Source of the DNA: a virus
Taxonomy: Duplodnaviria; Caudoviricetes
Direction: 5' to 3' (one strand)
Length of the DNA: 64,000 nt
IMG/VR virus record: IMGVR_UViG_3300026177_000194
Coordinates: 26,026-90,025 of that record
The notes beneath the pieces are model-generated. The model was not told where the DNA came from and ran no database searches. It saw nothing but the letters and a program-made list of their open reading frames with translations. The position numbers and the translations under genes are program-made. Shown here piece by piece: positions 1 through 10,054 of the stretch. Every line of letters begins with the position of its first letter. Position 1 is the first letter of the stretch.

Positions 1-345
1 AGCTTTAGAAAACTCTATTCTACACTTATAATAAGCTCTCTTTCTTTTCAAATCATCTTTTATATGTGCTGTCTTTTTTTTACAACTACGTAAACCTGTT
101 AGTAAAGAAAGATCAATTTTTTCTCCAATTTTACCGCCAACATATCCTCCTGCGACAACCCAACCGGCCATAGCCCCACCAAGAATAATCGCACTGATTG
201 GATCAATAAATTCAGTTAAAATTTGTTCTGCTCTCTCATCGCTAATTTTATCAACCTTTTCAGACATTTTCAAAAATCGATCTACATCAATCTTGTCATT
301 AACAAAACTTTCTGTAATAATTTCATGCAATTTTTCTTTACTCAT
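1..345 (-). CDS. Putative virion/internal head protein, truncated by the window edge (glycine-rich hydrophobic helix followed by a Cys-containing basic domain)
   Basis: Not in the ORF track. Hand translation from ATG at 345 (GGAGG upstream, ATGA overlap with the 342-662 ORF): MSKEKLHEIITE...AIILGGAMAGWVVAGGYVGGKIG...RSCKKK...YYKCR; open to position 1. Confidence 0.7.
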   Translation of the reverse strand, partial: MSKEKLHEIITESFVNDKIDVDRFLKMSEKVDKISDERAEQILTEFIDPISAIILGGAMAGWVVAGGYVGGKIGEKIDLSLLTGLRSCKKKTAHIKDDLKRKRAYYKCRIEFSKA

Positions 346-662
346 TTTATTTCTCCTCCTGGATGTAATATTTCTAACAATTTATTTCTAACAACATTAT
401 TATCTTCAATTAGCATTGTTATTTTACCGGTTAAATCTTCTTTCATACTAATTGACTTTTCTAATAACATATTTAGTCTTTCATCTTTAGTAATTAATGT
501 ATTTCTATATTTTTCTAATTCACTAATTTTTTTATTCTTTTTTGAATACAATGAATTATTTTTAGATATGGTTATTACTTCCTGTATAAGTCTATTACAA
601 AAATCTTCTTTGTTTTTAAATTTGTATATAGATGGAAGTGATTCTAATTGAGTGATTTTCAC
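342..662 (-). CDS. Hypothetical coiled-coil protein
   Basis: 106-aa ORF tiling with its neighbours in the head module. Confidence 0.6.
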   Translation of the reverse strand: MKITQLESLPSIYKFKNKEDFCNRLIQEVITISKNNSLYSKKNKKISELEKYRNTLITKDERLNMLLEKSISMKEDLTGKITMLIEDNNVVRNKLLEILHPGGEIK

Positions 663-680
663 GTTAATAATCCTTTCTAT

Positions 681-1253
681 TTATCCTACTTGTACTTTAG
701 CTTTCTTTTCTTGTTTTTGAGCTTCGATATACTTCTTTGAGATTTTATTTAACTTTTCTTGATACAAAGGAATTAACTGCATATATCTAACTTTACATTT
801 TTGAGGATCAACAGAATCTTTACATTTTCCAATTGATGCTCTTAAAAGAGCTATTATTTTTTTACAAGTTTCTATATCACATCTATCTTTACAAACTCTT
901 CTATCTCCGGTTCCAATTTCAAAATTAGAACAATTTTGTTCATAACAATTTTTTCTAAAGATTTCACCTTGTTTTAAAATTTTACTTGTCCAGACAATAT
1001 AATTGAAATAAGCTTTTGGGTTCTTTTGATGTTGGGTGTATTGATCCTGTTCTTTATTTTGATTTGGATTCATATTCTTTTTTGCTACCTGTTTCTTTTT
1101 TATTACTTGAGGAGGAACAGGATTGTTTGGAACCTTAGGAACCCTTGTTTGTTTTTGATAAGTTGGTCTCCCAGCTTGAGGACTCTGAACCGGCGTCTTA
1201 GGGGCTACACCATATTGTTCATTTAAAAAGTGGAGGTAAGAAGTTAGTTTCAT
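681..1253 (-). CDS. Hypothetical head-associated protein (YLxFLNE leader, Pro/Gln/Lys-rich linker, Cys-containing helical C-terminal domain)
   Basis: 190 aa; starts MKLTSYLHFLNEQ; the C-terminal KCKDSVDPQKCK resembles the repeats in 6673-7536. Confidence 0.6.
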   Translation of the reverse strand: MKLTSYLHFLNEQYGVAPKTPVQSPQAGRPTYQKQTRVPKVPNNPVPPQVIKKKQVAKKNMNPNQNKEQDQYTQHQKNPKAYFNYIVWTSKILKQGEIFRKNCYEQNCSNFEIGTGDRRVCKDRCDIETCKKIIALLRASIGKCKDSVDPQKCKVRYMQLIPLYQEKLNKISKKYIEAQKQEKKAKVQVG

Positions 1254-1286
1254 TTTTAATTATCCTAAGTCTTAAACTTGTCAACT

Positions 1287-1859
1287 TTATTTTTCAACTT
1301 TTATATTTACATCACCAGGTACAAAATATGCAAAATCTTTAGTTTTTTTATAGTAGGTATATTTTCCATTTAAGTATACACCATTTTTAAAAGTATATCT
1401 GATAACGTTTTCATTTTCTTTATCAGCAATTCCTGTAAAGATTACTTTTCTATGTGGAGTGATATAATTCACGTATATACCTGGTCCATCCGGTTTTCCT
1501 TTTAAAATCATCACAGATGATACATCAATATTTCTTTTTGGTAAATCATAAAAACTAGTTATATCCCATTTTGGAAAGAATTTTTTGTTTAATGGAGATA
1601 AATACATAGCTCTATTTCTTTTTATCATTTCTTCTGGTTCTGGTAAATTATTTCTTTCATAATCAACAACAACAAACATTTGATGATCATTTTTTGTTTT
1701 TAAAATCAAACCAACAAGAGAAGCAACTGAATGTTTTGTGGCATCTTCAAATCTTTCACCAATGAATAAATATGCTCTTCCTTCTCCAGTTATGTTTTTA
1801 ATTCCATCTGAATTATTGAATCCAAATAATTCATTTAAATAAATATTTGTTTTTTTCAT
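1287..1859 (-). CDS. Hypothetical protein (head module)
   Basis: 190-aa ORF directly downstream of the prohead protease; leader MKKTNIYLNE. Confidence 0.6.
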   Translation of the reverse strand: MKKTNIYLNELFGFNNSDGIKNITGEGRAYLFIGERFEDATKHSVASLVGLILKTKNDHQMFVVVDYERNNLPEPEEMIKRNRAMYLSPLNKKFFPKWDITSFYDLPKRNIDVSSVMILKGKPDGPGIYVNYITPHRKVIFTGIADKENENVIRYTFKNGVYLNGKYTYYKKTKDFAYFVPGDVNIKVEK

Positions 1860-1862
1860 GTT

Positions 1863-2543
1863 TTAAACCCACCTATCAAAGAACTTTATAACTTTGCTTT
1901 CGATTAGTTTATCAAAATAATCTGGAAGATAACAAACTCCACCGCAACAAATTAATCCACCTTTTTCACATACACTAGATGATTCTGTTAACATAATGTT
2001 CTTGGACTCGAACTTCATTTCTTTAAAATTTACAATCGCCTGTTTGTGACTGGGACTTGAAACCAGGTCAAATGTAATAATATAAAGTGGTGATTGAACA
2101 ACATTAATGTTATTTTCTTTACGAAGTTCTGCCATCCCCCGCATGGAAGCCCCGAGTACACACTTATCAGTTAACATTCCTAAAAGATCTCTACCTTTAG
2201 AAGTTGATGCAGTTTCACATTCACCCACTAATAAATTTCCTCTAAATTCATAATCAGTAATATATCCACAAACTTCTTTTAAAAGAACAGTAGTTTGTCT
2301 CATACCATCATATGCATCATTCCCCTGAACTAAAGGATGATCCATTTCAAATGGGAGTTTCTTATCAATTCTTTCTTTAGCATCACTCATTGCGTCGGAT
2401 AATACTTTTTTAGGATACATTCTTTTATTTTGATTTACTTCATCACAAGTTTGTAGAACCATTCTATAAATAGCTTTATTAGGTTTTGATTTTATAATCT
2501 CAGCTTCTTGTAGAATTGGTGATTCCATAATAAAGTTCTGCAT
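1863..2543 (-). CDS. Prohead core protease (T4 gp21-like)
   Basis: Motifs NQNKRMYP, EMDHP, GASMRG (catalytic Ser), TFDLVSSPS; lies next to the portal. Confidence 0.85.
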   Translation of the reverse strand: MQNFIMESPILQEAEIIKSKPNKAIYRMVLQTCDEVNQNKRMYPKKVLSDAMSDAKERIDKKLPFEMDHPLVQGNDAYDGMRQTTVLLKEVCGYITDYEFRGNLLVGECETASTSKGRDLLGMLTDKCVLGASMRGMAELRKENNINVVQSPLYIITFDLVSSPSHKQAIVNFKEMKFESKNIMLTESSSVCEKGGLICCGGVCYLPDYFDKLIESKVIKFFDRWV

Positions 2544-2577
2544 TGTTATTTTAATTCCTCCGAATCATAATATAATC

Positions 2578-2594
2578 TATTTATAATTTGTTCT
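2578..2594 (-). promoter_or_regulatory. AGAACAAAT-W-rich promoter-like motif; this copy includes the T4 late consensus TATAAATA
   Basis: Minus strand reads AGAACAAATTATAAATA about 35 nt upstream of the protease ATG; the motif recurs upstream of many minus-strand genes. Confidence 0.6.
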
Positions 2595-3507
2595 AAGATT
2601 TTCCTCTTTTGTCTTCTTCTTTTTCTTCTCTTTGTTTAATTTTATAAAATCGTTTCATAATATCATACACTTGCTCTAGGAATTCATAATATATTACTAT
2701 AATATCATCAATTTCATCTTTAAACGTATCAACATTTGAGATAAGGGTTTCAAACAATTCAATAGACTGGGAGATATACTTTCTTAATTTCAAAAGAACA
2801 ATTTCAGATGAGAATGACAACTGGGATTCAATTGCTAACAACCTTGAATAAATCTTCTTTAATTCAAATATTTTTCCAACTTCTTCTGCAGTTTTAGCTG
2901 GAGGTTCCCCAAATCCTCCACCCATAGCGTTTGGATCCATTCCCATTCCAGCTGCAGCATTGGGATCTGTTCCTCCCATCATAGCATTTGGATCAGGTTG
3001 TGTTTGGGTTGGATCTATATTAGGATCTTCACCGGTTGCTGGATTTTGTTCACCCATATTAGCTTGAGCCATTTCGCCCATATCATTTTCATCTTCTTCA
3101 CCTTCTGGAGGATCATCTTGTTCAAACAAAGAATCTTCTAAAACAGATATCATTTCTTTTAATTCTGAAGTATCTAATGTATCTAGATCTATTTCGTTTC
3201 CTTTTTTATCAAATACTTCAACATCTTCTGGTTTAGCATCTTCATCTGGTGGTTCTCTAAGAATATTTTTTCCTTTTTTAGTTTTAATTTCAGGTTCTTC
3301 AAACGCATCTTCTTTTTTTACTGGGGAAACTGGTATTGAATCAGTAGTAGCTGCAGGAATTTCAATTTGTGTTTTATATTCTTTACCATCATCTAAATTG
3401 GGAACATCTTGTATACTACCTGGTAATTGTGGTTTTGTAAAATCTTGATTACTAGAATAATACAATTGTTCTAATTTTATTAAAACATCTTTGTTTAATT
3501 TTTTCAT
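2593..3507 (-). CDS. Acidic head-module protein with a Pro/Met/Gly low-complexity linker and helical C-terminal domain
   Basis: 304-aa ORF between portal and protease. Confidence 0.6.
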   Translation of the reverse strand: MKKLNKDVLIKLEQLYYSSNQDFTKPQLPGSIQDVPNLDDGKEYKTQIEIPAATTDSIPVSPVKKEDAFEEPEIKTKKGKNILREPPDEDAKPEDVEVFDKKGNEIDLDTLDTSELKEMISVLEDSLFEQDDPPEGEEDENDMGEMAQANMGEQNPATGEDPNIDPTQTQPDPNAMMGGTDPNAAAGMGMDPNAMGGGFGEPPAKTAEEVGKIFELKKIYSRLLAIESQLSFSSEIVLLKLRKYISQSIELFETLISNVDTFKDEIDDIIVIYYEFLEQVYDIMKRFYKIKQREEKEEDKRGKS

Positions 3508-3534
3508 TTTATATCTCCACTTAAGGAATAATTT

Positions 3535-5490
3535 TTAGAATCCACCGACTCCGCCCATACCACCAGTCATTAATCCGCCTCCGCCCATGCCACCTACACC
3601 ATCCAATCCGTCAGCATTTTCTGTTCCAAGACTCTTATCAATTTTTGTATCAATTTCATATTGTTCAACTTCTTTCCAATCAATACTGGATAAGTATTTC
3701 TTTTTACTCCAATCTTTTGGAACTCCAACTCTTTCTAATGTTTCAACTAGATTAGCTAAATTACTAAGATATGAGGCTTGTCTTTCAAATTGTAATGACT
3801 TTGGAGCTGGAAATGCTACTTCAACATCATTTAATATTGTTAAAGCTTTTTCTGGGTCTACAATGTTATATATTTTTGTTATTAAATCTTGAACTTGATG
3901 AGTTAAGTATTTTTGATGGTTAACAATTGTTCTTGCAAACATTACATTTTCTTCTGAGAGGTTACTCTTAGCGCTCATTTGTTCTTCCATCCCAATAAAA
4001 GCTGGAGGAACCCCAACTCCGGCAATCACGCCGTCTCTTATGAATTTCAATTCATCGGTTTTTGATCTAGTATCTGTTACTAGATCTGTCATGTTTGCAA
4101 TATCAACAAAAGCTTTTCCATCTTTTTGAGGTATGAAAATATCTTCAAAACTTGAGACCATTGATGGGATTGTATCTACACTTCCAAAGCTATCAAGACT
4201 TATCTTTCTTCTTTTAAACTCTTCTTTCAATTTTTCAATAGCTTTTGCTGCATCTCTTGGGAGTCCGACTTCGACTGTGATCTTTCTTTTTTCAATTGAT
4301 CTATTAAGTCTCAGGATTGTCATTGCTGTTTCAAGAGCTATCAGAACTTTTGCTCCGAATTGTGCACTATCAAAAATAGATTCACCATACGGGTAATATT
4401 TTACAGAGGGTCTTTGAAAGTGTTGTATTCTATCTGGCGGTACATATCTAATATTCATAGCTTTTGTAAAATCTGTTTCTTTAATCATCGACCCAACGAC
4501 ATCTTGTAAATCTTTTATATTAATACTTTGATCATCTAGACCAGGAATTTTCTTTTCAACTGACTTCAGAATTGACTGACAAATTGAATTTACTGCTTGG
4601 TTTTGTAACATTGTTTGTGGAGACATAATGGAAGCTGGAAAAATTAAATATCCAAAACAAATTGGAAACATATCACTTTGTAATTTAACTACACGTTTAG
4701 GGTCATAAAACAATAATTGCAAATCTTCTGGTTTTATTGTTGGTTTCTTATTTTTTTTATCTTTATCAATATCACTTACGAATTGTTTATTTCCTGTTAT
4801 CTTATCATTATTTATTATATCATCTAATGATGAAAAATCCATTATTATTTTCACATTAGTTTTTTCATCTATTCTTTCAGTTAAAGTTTCTTTTGATGAA
4901 TCATTTACATTATTTTGAATATGATAAATTGTTTCTGCCAAAAATGCTGATTTACTAGTTAGTGCTGTTTTTTCATCTGCAATTTCAACAAAGAAATCTC
5001 CAAATTGTAAAGTATTTTTTACAATCATATCTAATCTATCTTCTAACTTTAATTTTTGAATAATTTCTTCAACATCTTTAACATTAGATTGAGCATTTTC
5101 TGAGTCTTCAATAAAAGATTTTGGATTAACTTCTAAACTAGTTTTAGTTATATCATCAGGAGCAAGGATATTATCAGTTAAAACATCTAATGCTCTTTGA
5201 CAATAATTAATATGACTTAGAATTGCAGAGTATGCATTATATCTTGATAATCTATTTCCCTGTCCAAATGTTGCCGGAGTGGTTCCTTGTTGAAATATAT
5301 TTTGTCCAATATCCATTGATCCACCTTTGGATATTAGATTTTTTACTAGATCAATATATCCATTTCTTCCGGAATTGGATTTATATGATATAATATCTCT
5401 TACCGCACTATCTAACTTTGCATCAATTCCAGAAGTTTTAGTTCCAACAATGGAAGTTTTTAGTTTGGAAAAAGTATCTCTTAGTGACAT
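3535..5490 (-). CDS. Portal protein (T4 gp20-like)
   Basis: 651 aa; YGESIFD, ETAMTILRLNRSIEKRKITVEVG, EDIFIPQKDG, AGVGVPPAFI match the gp20 pattern; adjacent to the protease. Confidence 0.85.
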   Translation of the reverse strand: MSLRDTFSKLKTSIVGTKTSGIDAKLDSAVRDIISYKSNSGRNGYIDLVKNLISKGGSMDIGQNIFQQGTTPATFGQGNRLSRYNAYSAILSHINYCQRALDVLTDNILAPDDITKTSLEVNPKSFIEDSENAQSNVKDVEEIIQKLKLEDRLDMIVKNTLQFGDFFVEIADEKTALTSKSAFLAETIYHIQNNVNDSSKETLTERIDEKTNVKIIMDFSSLDDIINNDKITGNKQFVSDIDKDKKNKKPTIKPEDLQLLFYDPKRVVKLQSDMFPICFGYLIFPASIMSPQTMLQNQAVNSICQSILKSVEKKIPGLDDQSINIKDLQDVVGSMIKETDFTKAMNIRYVPPDRIQHFQRPSVKYYPYGESIFDSAQFGAKVLIALETAMTILRLNRSIEKRKITVEVGLPRDAAKAIEKLKEEFKRRKISLDSFGSVDTIPSMVSSFEDIFIPQKDGKAFVDIANMTDLVTDTRSKTDELKFIRDGVIAGVGVPPAFIGMEEQMSAKSNLSEENVMFARTIVNHQKYLTHQVQDLITKIYNIVDPEKALTILNDVEVAFPAPKSLQFERQASYLSNLANLVETLERVGVPKDWSKKKYLSSIDWKEVEQYEIDTKIDKSLGTENADGLDGVGGMGGGGLMTGGMGGVGGF

Positions 5491-5522
5491 AATGTATTAT
5501 TCTCTTTTCTATTTTGTAATAG

Positions 5523-5569
5523 ATATTTCTCTCGTCATCATTTTTAAATCTTAATGACGAGAGAAATAT
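5523..5569. terminator. Perfect 16-bp inverted repeat (hairpin/terminator)
   Basis: atatttctctcgtcat (5523-5538) pairs with atgacgagagaaatat (5554-5569), between the portal gene and the 5579 ORF. Confidence 0.7.
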
Positions 5570-5578
5570 AATTTAATA

Positions 5579-6046
5579 TTATGCTTTTGCTGCTTTCTTT
5601 TGTCTTGCTTTATATGCTAAATATCCACCACCAGCTGCAGCCGTTCCAAGAGCTAATGCTGCACCAATTTTACCTTTTTTTGGCATATTTTTAATCATTC
5701 CAATAGCTTTTGTTCCAGAAGATTTTGCAGCCTGTACTGATGTATGATATGCTGCTTTTAATTTTGCAACTTGATTTGCAAACCATGTTTTAATTTTACT
5801 AATTTTCTGGCCATCGCCGGCAGCTTTAGCAAGTTTTTCATCTCGCAAAGCTTTCAATGCAGCCAACTTTTCTGTAAACACTTGTTTCAACTTAGTTAAT
5901 TTATCAGTTAATGCATTTTCAACTAATACATTTAATTCTTTAGCTTCTGTGATTGTAATTTCTTTACTAGCAATTAAATACTCTTCTAAATAGTCAACAC
6001 CGCTTCCTGTTCCAATTATAGATATTACTTTTTCTGTCAATAACAT
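5579..6046 (-). CDS. Basic coiled-coil protein with a C-terminal glycine-rich hydrophobic helix (putative internal head/ejection protein)
   Basis: Ends KIGAALALGTAAAGGGYLAYKARQKK; paralogous in layout to 6067-6651. Confidence 0.6.
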   Translation of the reverse strand: MLLTEKVISIIGTGSGVDYLEEYLIASKEITITEAKELNVLVENALTDKLTKLKQVFTEKLAALKALRDEKLAKAAGDGQKISKIKTWFANQVAKLKAAYHTSVQAAKSSGTKAIGMIKNMPKKGKIGAALALGTAAAGGGYLAYKARQKKAAKA

Positions 6047-6066
6047 TTTATTTTCCTCCTTATTAT

Positions 6067-6651
6067 TTAAAGTCCTTTTTCTTTTCTATATTCTTTTGAT
6101 GGTAAAGCTAGAGCTCTATTTTTTTGGGCTCTATATCCGGCATAGGTTCCACCTGCTGCTAGTGCTCCTGTTGCAATAACTCCAGCTTTTCCAAGTTTAG
6201 TTAAATTTTTAAACTTTCCGGCTACAGACAATCCTTTTCCCGTTTTTCCGCCTTTCCAAATAGCACTTTTAACTTTTGCAACTGTTTCTTTATATGAATC
6301 AATAACATGTTGTTTTGAAGCTTTATATGCCGCTAGAGCATTCGCTTTTAATCCTTTATATTTTTTATTAATAGAATCAATTTTTGCAGCTTTAGCTTCT
6401 TTTGAAAGGTTTGATTTTCCAACTTGATCAATTGATTTAACTCTAATTCTTTCTAGTTGATCTCGTTTCTTTTTAAAATTATTCCACAATACTTTCCATT
6501 TACTTTTAACTTCTTCCTCGGCTTCTCTTAAAATATTTTTACCTTCTAATAATGTTATTCCATCTGAAAGAATTAAATACTCATCGAGAAAGGGTAATAA
6601 TGGTTTTGATATTAATTCAATTAATTGAGATTCTGTTAATACTTGACTCAT
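6067..6651 (-). CDS. Basic coiled-coil protein with a C-terminal glycine-rich hydrophobic helix (paralog of 5579-6046)
   Basis: Shared LxEYLI.S..IT..E.K leader; ends KAGVIATGALAAGGTYAGYRAQK. Confidence 0.6.
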   Translation of the reverse strand: MSQVLTESQLIELISKPLLPFLDEYLILSDGITLLEGKNILREAEEEVKSKWKVLWNNFKKKRDQLERIRVKSIDQVGKSNLSKEAKAAKIDSINKKYKGLKANALAAYKASKQHVIDSYKETVAKVKSAIWKGGKTGKGLSVAGKFKNLTKLGKAGVIATGALAAGGTYAGYRAQKNRALALPSKEYRKEKGL

Positions 6652-6672
6652 TTTATTTTCCTCCGGCTATAT

Positions 6673-7536
6673 TTACATTGGAGTCGTTTTGGTTTGTGTA
6701 ATTACAGTAGCTCCAGTTTTCTTTGTTATTTTTCTAGCTTTTGCATCTGCTTTCATTTGAGCTTTCAATTGTTCTTCACGTTTTAAAGTTTCTAACTCTT
6801 TTGTATATGCTGTCACATTATCTTTTTGAATTTGTAAATCTCTAATTGTTTTTTGAAGATGTTTATCTAATTTAGCTTTACATTTTAGTGGATTTTTATC
6901 TTGATTACATTTTGCAATTAATCCATTTAATTTTCCCAATTTTGTTGAAAGGATTTGAACTTTAATTTTAGATATACAAAGTTCTCGTTCTGGGCCACTT
7001 TTATAAACACCACATTTTCTTACTGCTTGACTAAACATAGATTGTACGGATCTATTAATTGCAAATATGGCTTTATCTACAAACATTCCAACTGCGACAG
7101 AAGCTGCCAATCCAGCGAATGCTGCGACTTGTTCATCTAAATTTTGTTGTTCTCCAAGAATTTCTGCAATTTTATTTTTATTTATTTCTATTCTATTTTT
7201 AGCTTTTTCAATTTCTATTGAAAATTTTTCTTTACAAATAGCTGGATTTTTTGCTGTACTACAACCTGCTAACATTTTTTTTGCAATTGCAATTTTTTGA
7301 GTAAGTGCTTTAATTTTTTCTCTTGCGACACATACTTTAAACCCTGGAGTGCTTTTTTTAAATCCACCGCATTTTCTAGTAGCTTGACTAAACATTACAT
7401 TTGCAGCTTTCCATGATGCTAAAGCTGCGGGCATCCACAATACTCCAAACGCAACACCTGATGCTGCGCCGGTTGCTAAATTTGTCATCACTTGTTCATT
7501 ATGTAAAAATTCTAAATAATTTTCTAAAACTGTCAT
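6673..7536 (-). CDS. Two-repeat protein; each repeat is an Ala/Gly hydrophobic helix plus a 4-Cys helical domain
   Basis: MFSQATRKCG...C...GCSTAKNPAICK versus MFSQAVRKCG...C...KCNQDKNPLKCK. Confidence 0.65.
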   Translation of the reverse strand: MTVLENYLEFLHNEQVMTNLATGAASGVAFGVLWMPAALASWKAANVMFSQATRKCGGFKKSTPGFKVCVAREKIKALTQKIAIAKKMLAGCSTAKNPAICKEKFSIEIEKAKNRIEINKNKIAEILGEQQNLDEQVAAFAGLAASVAVGMFVDKAIFAINRSVQSMFSQAVRKCGVYKSGPERELCISKIKVQILSTKLGKLNGLIAKCNQDKNPLKCKAKLDKHLQKTIRDLQIQKDNVTAYTKELETLKREEQLKAQMKADAKARKITKKTGATVITQTKTTPM

Positions 7537-7560
7537 AGAAGTTTTAAACCTCTTTTAATT

Positions 7561-7977
7561 TTAATCATTATCAACCATAATATTTTCTCTAGCTTTTTCT
7601 CGAATTTCATCATTTTCAAATCTGCTATTAAAATATTCAATTAGATTAAAGATAAATGTTTCTTCACTTCCATACAACTCAATAAACTCTTCTTTTAAAT
7701 TATCTCCAATCAATTTCATTACTAATACAGCAAAATCTTTTGAAACAACATTAAATTCTATATCATTTATTTTAACAGCTTCTAAAGAATAAATTAATAT
7801 TTTATCTTTATAAATAATATCATAAGCTTTTTTCATATGATATTCTAATATAGCAACATATGATTCAAAATGTTCTATTTTATTAATAACTCGATTCCTA
7901 TTTTGTGTATCTAATAACAATATACAAATTACAGAAAAAACTACTAAAAAAACAAATAAACATATATATTCAAACAT
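7561..7977 (-). CDS. Hypothetical membrane protein (N-terminal TM helix)
   Basis: N-terminal stretch ICLFVFLVVFSVICILLL. Confidence 0.6.
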   Translation of the reverse strand: MFEYICLFVFLVVFSVICILLLDTQNRNRVINKIEHFESYVAILEYHMKKAYDIIYKDKILIYSLEAVKINDIEFNVVSKDFAVLVMKLIGDNLKEEFIELYGSEETFIFNLIEYFNSRFENDEIREKARENIMVDND

Positions 7978-7984
7978 AATTCTC

Positions 7985-8266
7985 TTAATCCTTTATCACA
8001 TCATTTTGATTAACAACAACTGGTTTGACACTATCTATTTTTTGATTAACATTTTTTTGTTTTTTATTATCAATTTCAAAAACATTAATTGAACATATTT
8101 CTGATGGTTTTATAATTATATTTCCGGAAGTTGTTTCTAATATACAAATTTTTGTTAACTCCATTATTTTACTAATTTCTTTCGTATATGTTACTAAATC
8201 TTTTTGATCATCATCTATTAATTCTATTTCTTTAGAATCTTTTTGGTTAATGATTATTTTTTTCAT
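7985..8266 (-). CDS. Hypothetical protein
   Basis: 93-aa ORF in a tiled operon. Confidence 0.55.
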   Translation of the reverse strand: MKKIIINQKDSKEIELIDDDQKDLVTYTKEISKIMELTKICILETTSGNIIIKPSEICSINVFEIDNKKQKNVNQKIDSVKPVVVNQNDVIKD

Positions 8267-8282
8267 TTTTTATCTTCTTTCT

Positions 8283-8918
8283 TTACAATTCACTGTTTAA
8301 AAACTTTTCTAATATTGAAGATGATTTTATAGTCAATTCCTCTATTTTTACTTCAACATCAGAAGAATCTGTTCGATTAAAATTATTATTTAACAACTCG
8401 CTTACATCAATATTCTTTAATGGTTCATCTTCCTTTGTATTTATATTTTGTTCTAGTTTTTTTGTTGAATCATGATAAACTTTCATTTTAATTTCACGAA
8501 CTTCTTTTTTTGGTGAAATTGGTAAATGTGCAGGTTCTTGTTTTTGATGAACAATTTTTTCTTCTTTTTTAATATTTTTTTGTATTGGTTTAATTATAGG
8601 AGTATCTACAATTTTATTTTCAATTTTATCTGAAGGTCTTGTATTAGAAACTTTTTTAGCGGTTCTTTCTTTTTTGACAGGTTCTCTTTCCGATGGGAGG
8701 TAATCATAAACTTTTTTTTGATTAATGTCAGTTTCTGAATTATTATGATCCATAATTTCTATTTCATAGTCCCTACTTTGTAAACCATAAAATTTAATTC
8801 TTGATTGAATCAAAGGTAAATGACTTTCCGAAATAATACATTCAAAAGGAGATCTAACTGGTTTATCCTTTATTATAAACATCTTATTTGAAATTTTAAT
8901 TTTTATTCTATAATTCAT
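8283..8918 (-). CDS. Hypothetical protein (Lys-rich linker)
   Basis: 211-aa ORF with AAGGA upstream. Confidence 0.55.
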   Translation of the reverse strand: MNYRIKIKISNKMFIIKDKPVRSPFECIISESHLPLIQSRIKFYGLQSRDYEIEIMDHNNSETDINQKKVYDYLPSEREPVKKERTAKKVSNTRPSDKIENKIVDTPIIKPIQKNIKKEEKIVHQKQEPAHLPISPKKEVREIKMKVYHDSTKKLEQNINTKEDEPLKNIDVSELLNNNFNRTDSSDVEVKIEELTIKSSSILEKFLNSEL

Positions 8919-8949
8919 TGTGTAAATTCCTTTCGTTTCTTCATCGTTA

Positions 8950-8989
8950 AAAAAGGTGAGTGACTTAATTAAAAATCACTCACCTTTTT
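8950..8989. terminator. 14-bp inverted repeat, intrinsic terminator
   Basis: aaaaaggtgagtga (8950-8963) pairs with tcactcaccttttt (8976-8989), downstream of the acidic protein gene. Confidence 0.75.
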
Positions 8990-9019
8990 AAGATATTTTA
9001 AAAAATTGTTTAAATTGAT

Positions 9020-9952
9020 TTATTTTCTTTTCAGTAATTTTTTGGATTCCTTTTTTACTTTTTCTTCTTCCCTTTCATCATCATCTTCATCATCATCTTT
9101 CATATCAATATCAATTTCATCCTGTTCATCAAGATCATCTTGTTCTTTAACTTCTTCCTTTTCATCATCATCTTCTTCTTCTTCTTCGTCCTTTTCTTCC
9201 TCTTCTACTTGTTCTTTAAAAAGTTTAAAAGCTTCCTCAACTTCTCTTGCAGCTTTGACTCGAATAGGACCCATTCCTTCACCTTCAGCAGATTCTTTTG
9301 CAATTTCTTTATCTACATCCAAATCTTCTTCATCCTCATCTTTCTTTTCTTCCCCATCAATTTCTGCTTCTAATTCTGCTTCTAAAAGATCAATATCTTC
9401 TAAAACATCATCAACTTCTTTTTCATCAGCTAAATCAGTTCCTGCCTCTGTTCCGGGTTCATCCTCTTTTCCTTCATCTTCCATTTCCTGGATTAGTTTC
9501 TCGATAACAGTATTTTCCAATGCGACCATTTCACTAGTAACAACATCAGCATCATCAAGAGGTTCATCTTTTGCAACAATATCAGGATCACCCGGTTCGT
9601 AATCTTCTAATTCGAGATCCTCATCCATTAGTTCAGCTTCGAGATCATCCATTGTTTCATCAACATCATCAGCTTCTTCACCGGTTACGATTTCATTGGG
9701 ATCTTCTGCATCTTCATCTGCATCAACATCTACTGGATTTTCAGGACCATCATCCTGTTCAACCAATTTTTCTTTATTTTCATTAAAATAATATCTTTCA
9801 AGAATAGACGATGCATCCTTATGGGTTTCAATTTCTCCATCTCCCTTAAACGTGAGAATGGGTTCAGTCATTGGACCTTTATAATCCATAACTTTTGCAT
9901 CATACTCAGAGATAGCTTCTTTCAAAAGTTGAATATAAGATACTTTTTTCAT
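9020..9952 (-). CDS. Highly acidic protein, probable prohead scaffold/core protein
   Basis: 310 aa, extremely D/E-rich, many LxE/IxE sites, strong GGAGG; upstream of the head genes. Confidence 0.55.
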   Translation of the reverse strand: MKKVSYIQLLKEAISEYDAKVMDYKGPMTEPILTFKGDGEIETHKDASSILERYYFNENKEKLVEQDDGPENPVDVDADEDAEDPNEIVTGEEADDVDETMDDLEAELMDEDLELEDYEPGDPDIVAKDEPLDDADVVTSEMVALENTVIEKLIQEMEDEGKEDEPGTEAGTDLADEKEVDDVLEDIDLLEAELEAEIDGEEKKDEDEEDLDVDKEIAKESAEGEGMGPIRVKAAREVEEAFKLFKEQVEEEEKDEEEEEDDDEKEEVKEQDDLDEQDEIDIDMKDDDEDDDEREEEKVKKESKKLLKRK

Positions 9953-10054
9953 TTTTAAATTTCCTCCTAAAAATTATGTTTTTTGAATTGTTATTTCGCC
10001 ATTTGATATATGTTCTAATAAATTTACGATATTAGAACAAGTTTGTTTCTTAAA

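Noticed and set aside
223-651. Plus-strand hydrophobic ORF, and the many similar short plus-strand ORFs in the track
   Set aside because: They lie opposite well-supported minus-strand genes; their Phe/Leu/Ile richness is the expected reverse complement of Lys/Glu/Asn codons.
9006-9602. 198-aa Ser-rich plus-strand ORF and overlapping small plus-strand ORFs
   Set aside because: Antisense shadow of the low-complexity acidic gene 9020-9952; no RBS or promoter motif.
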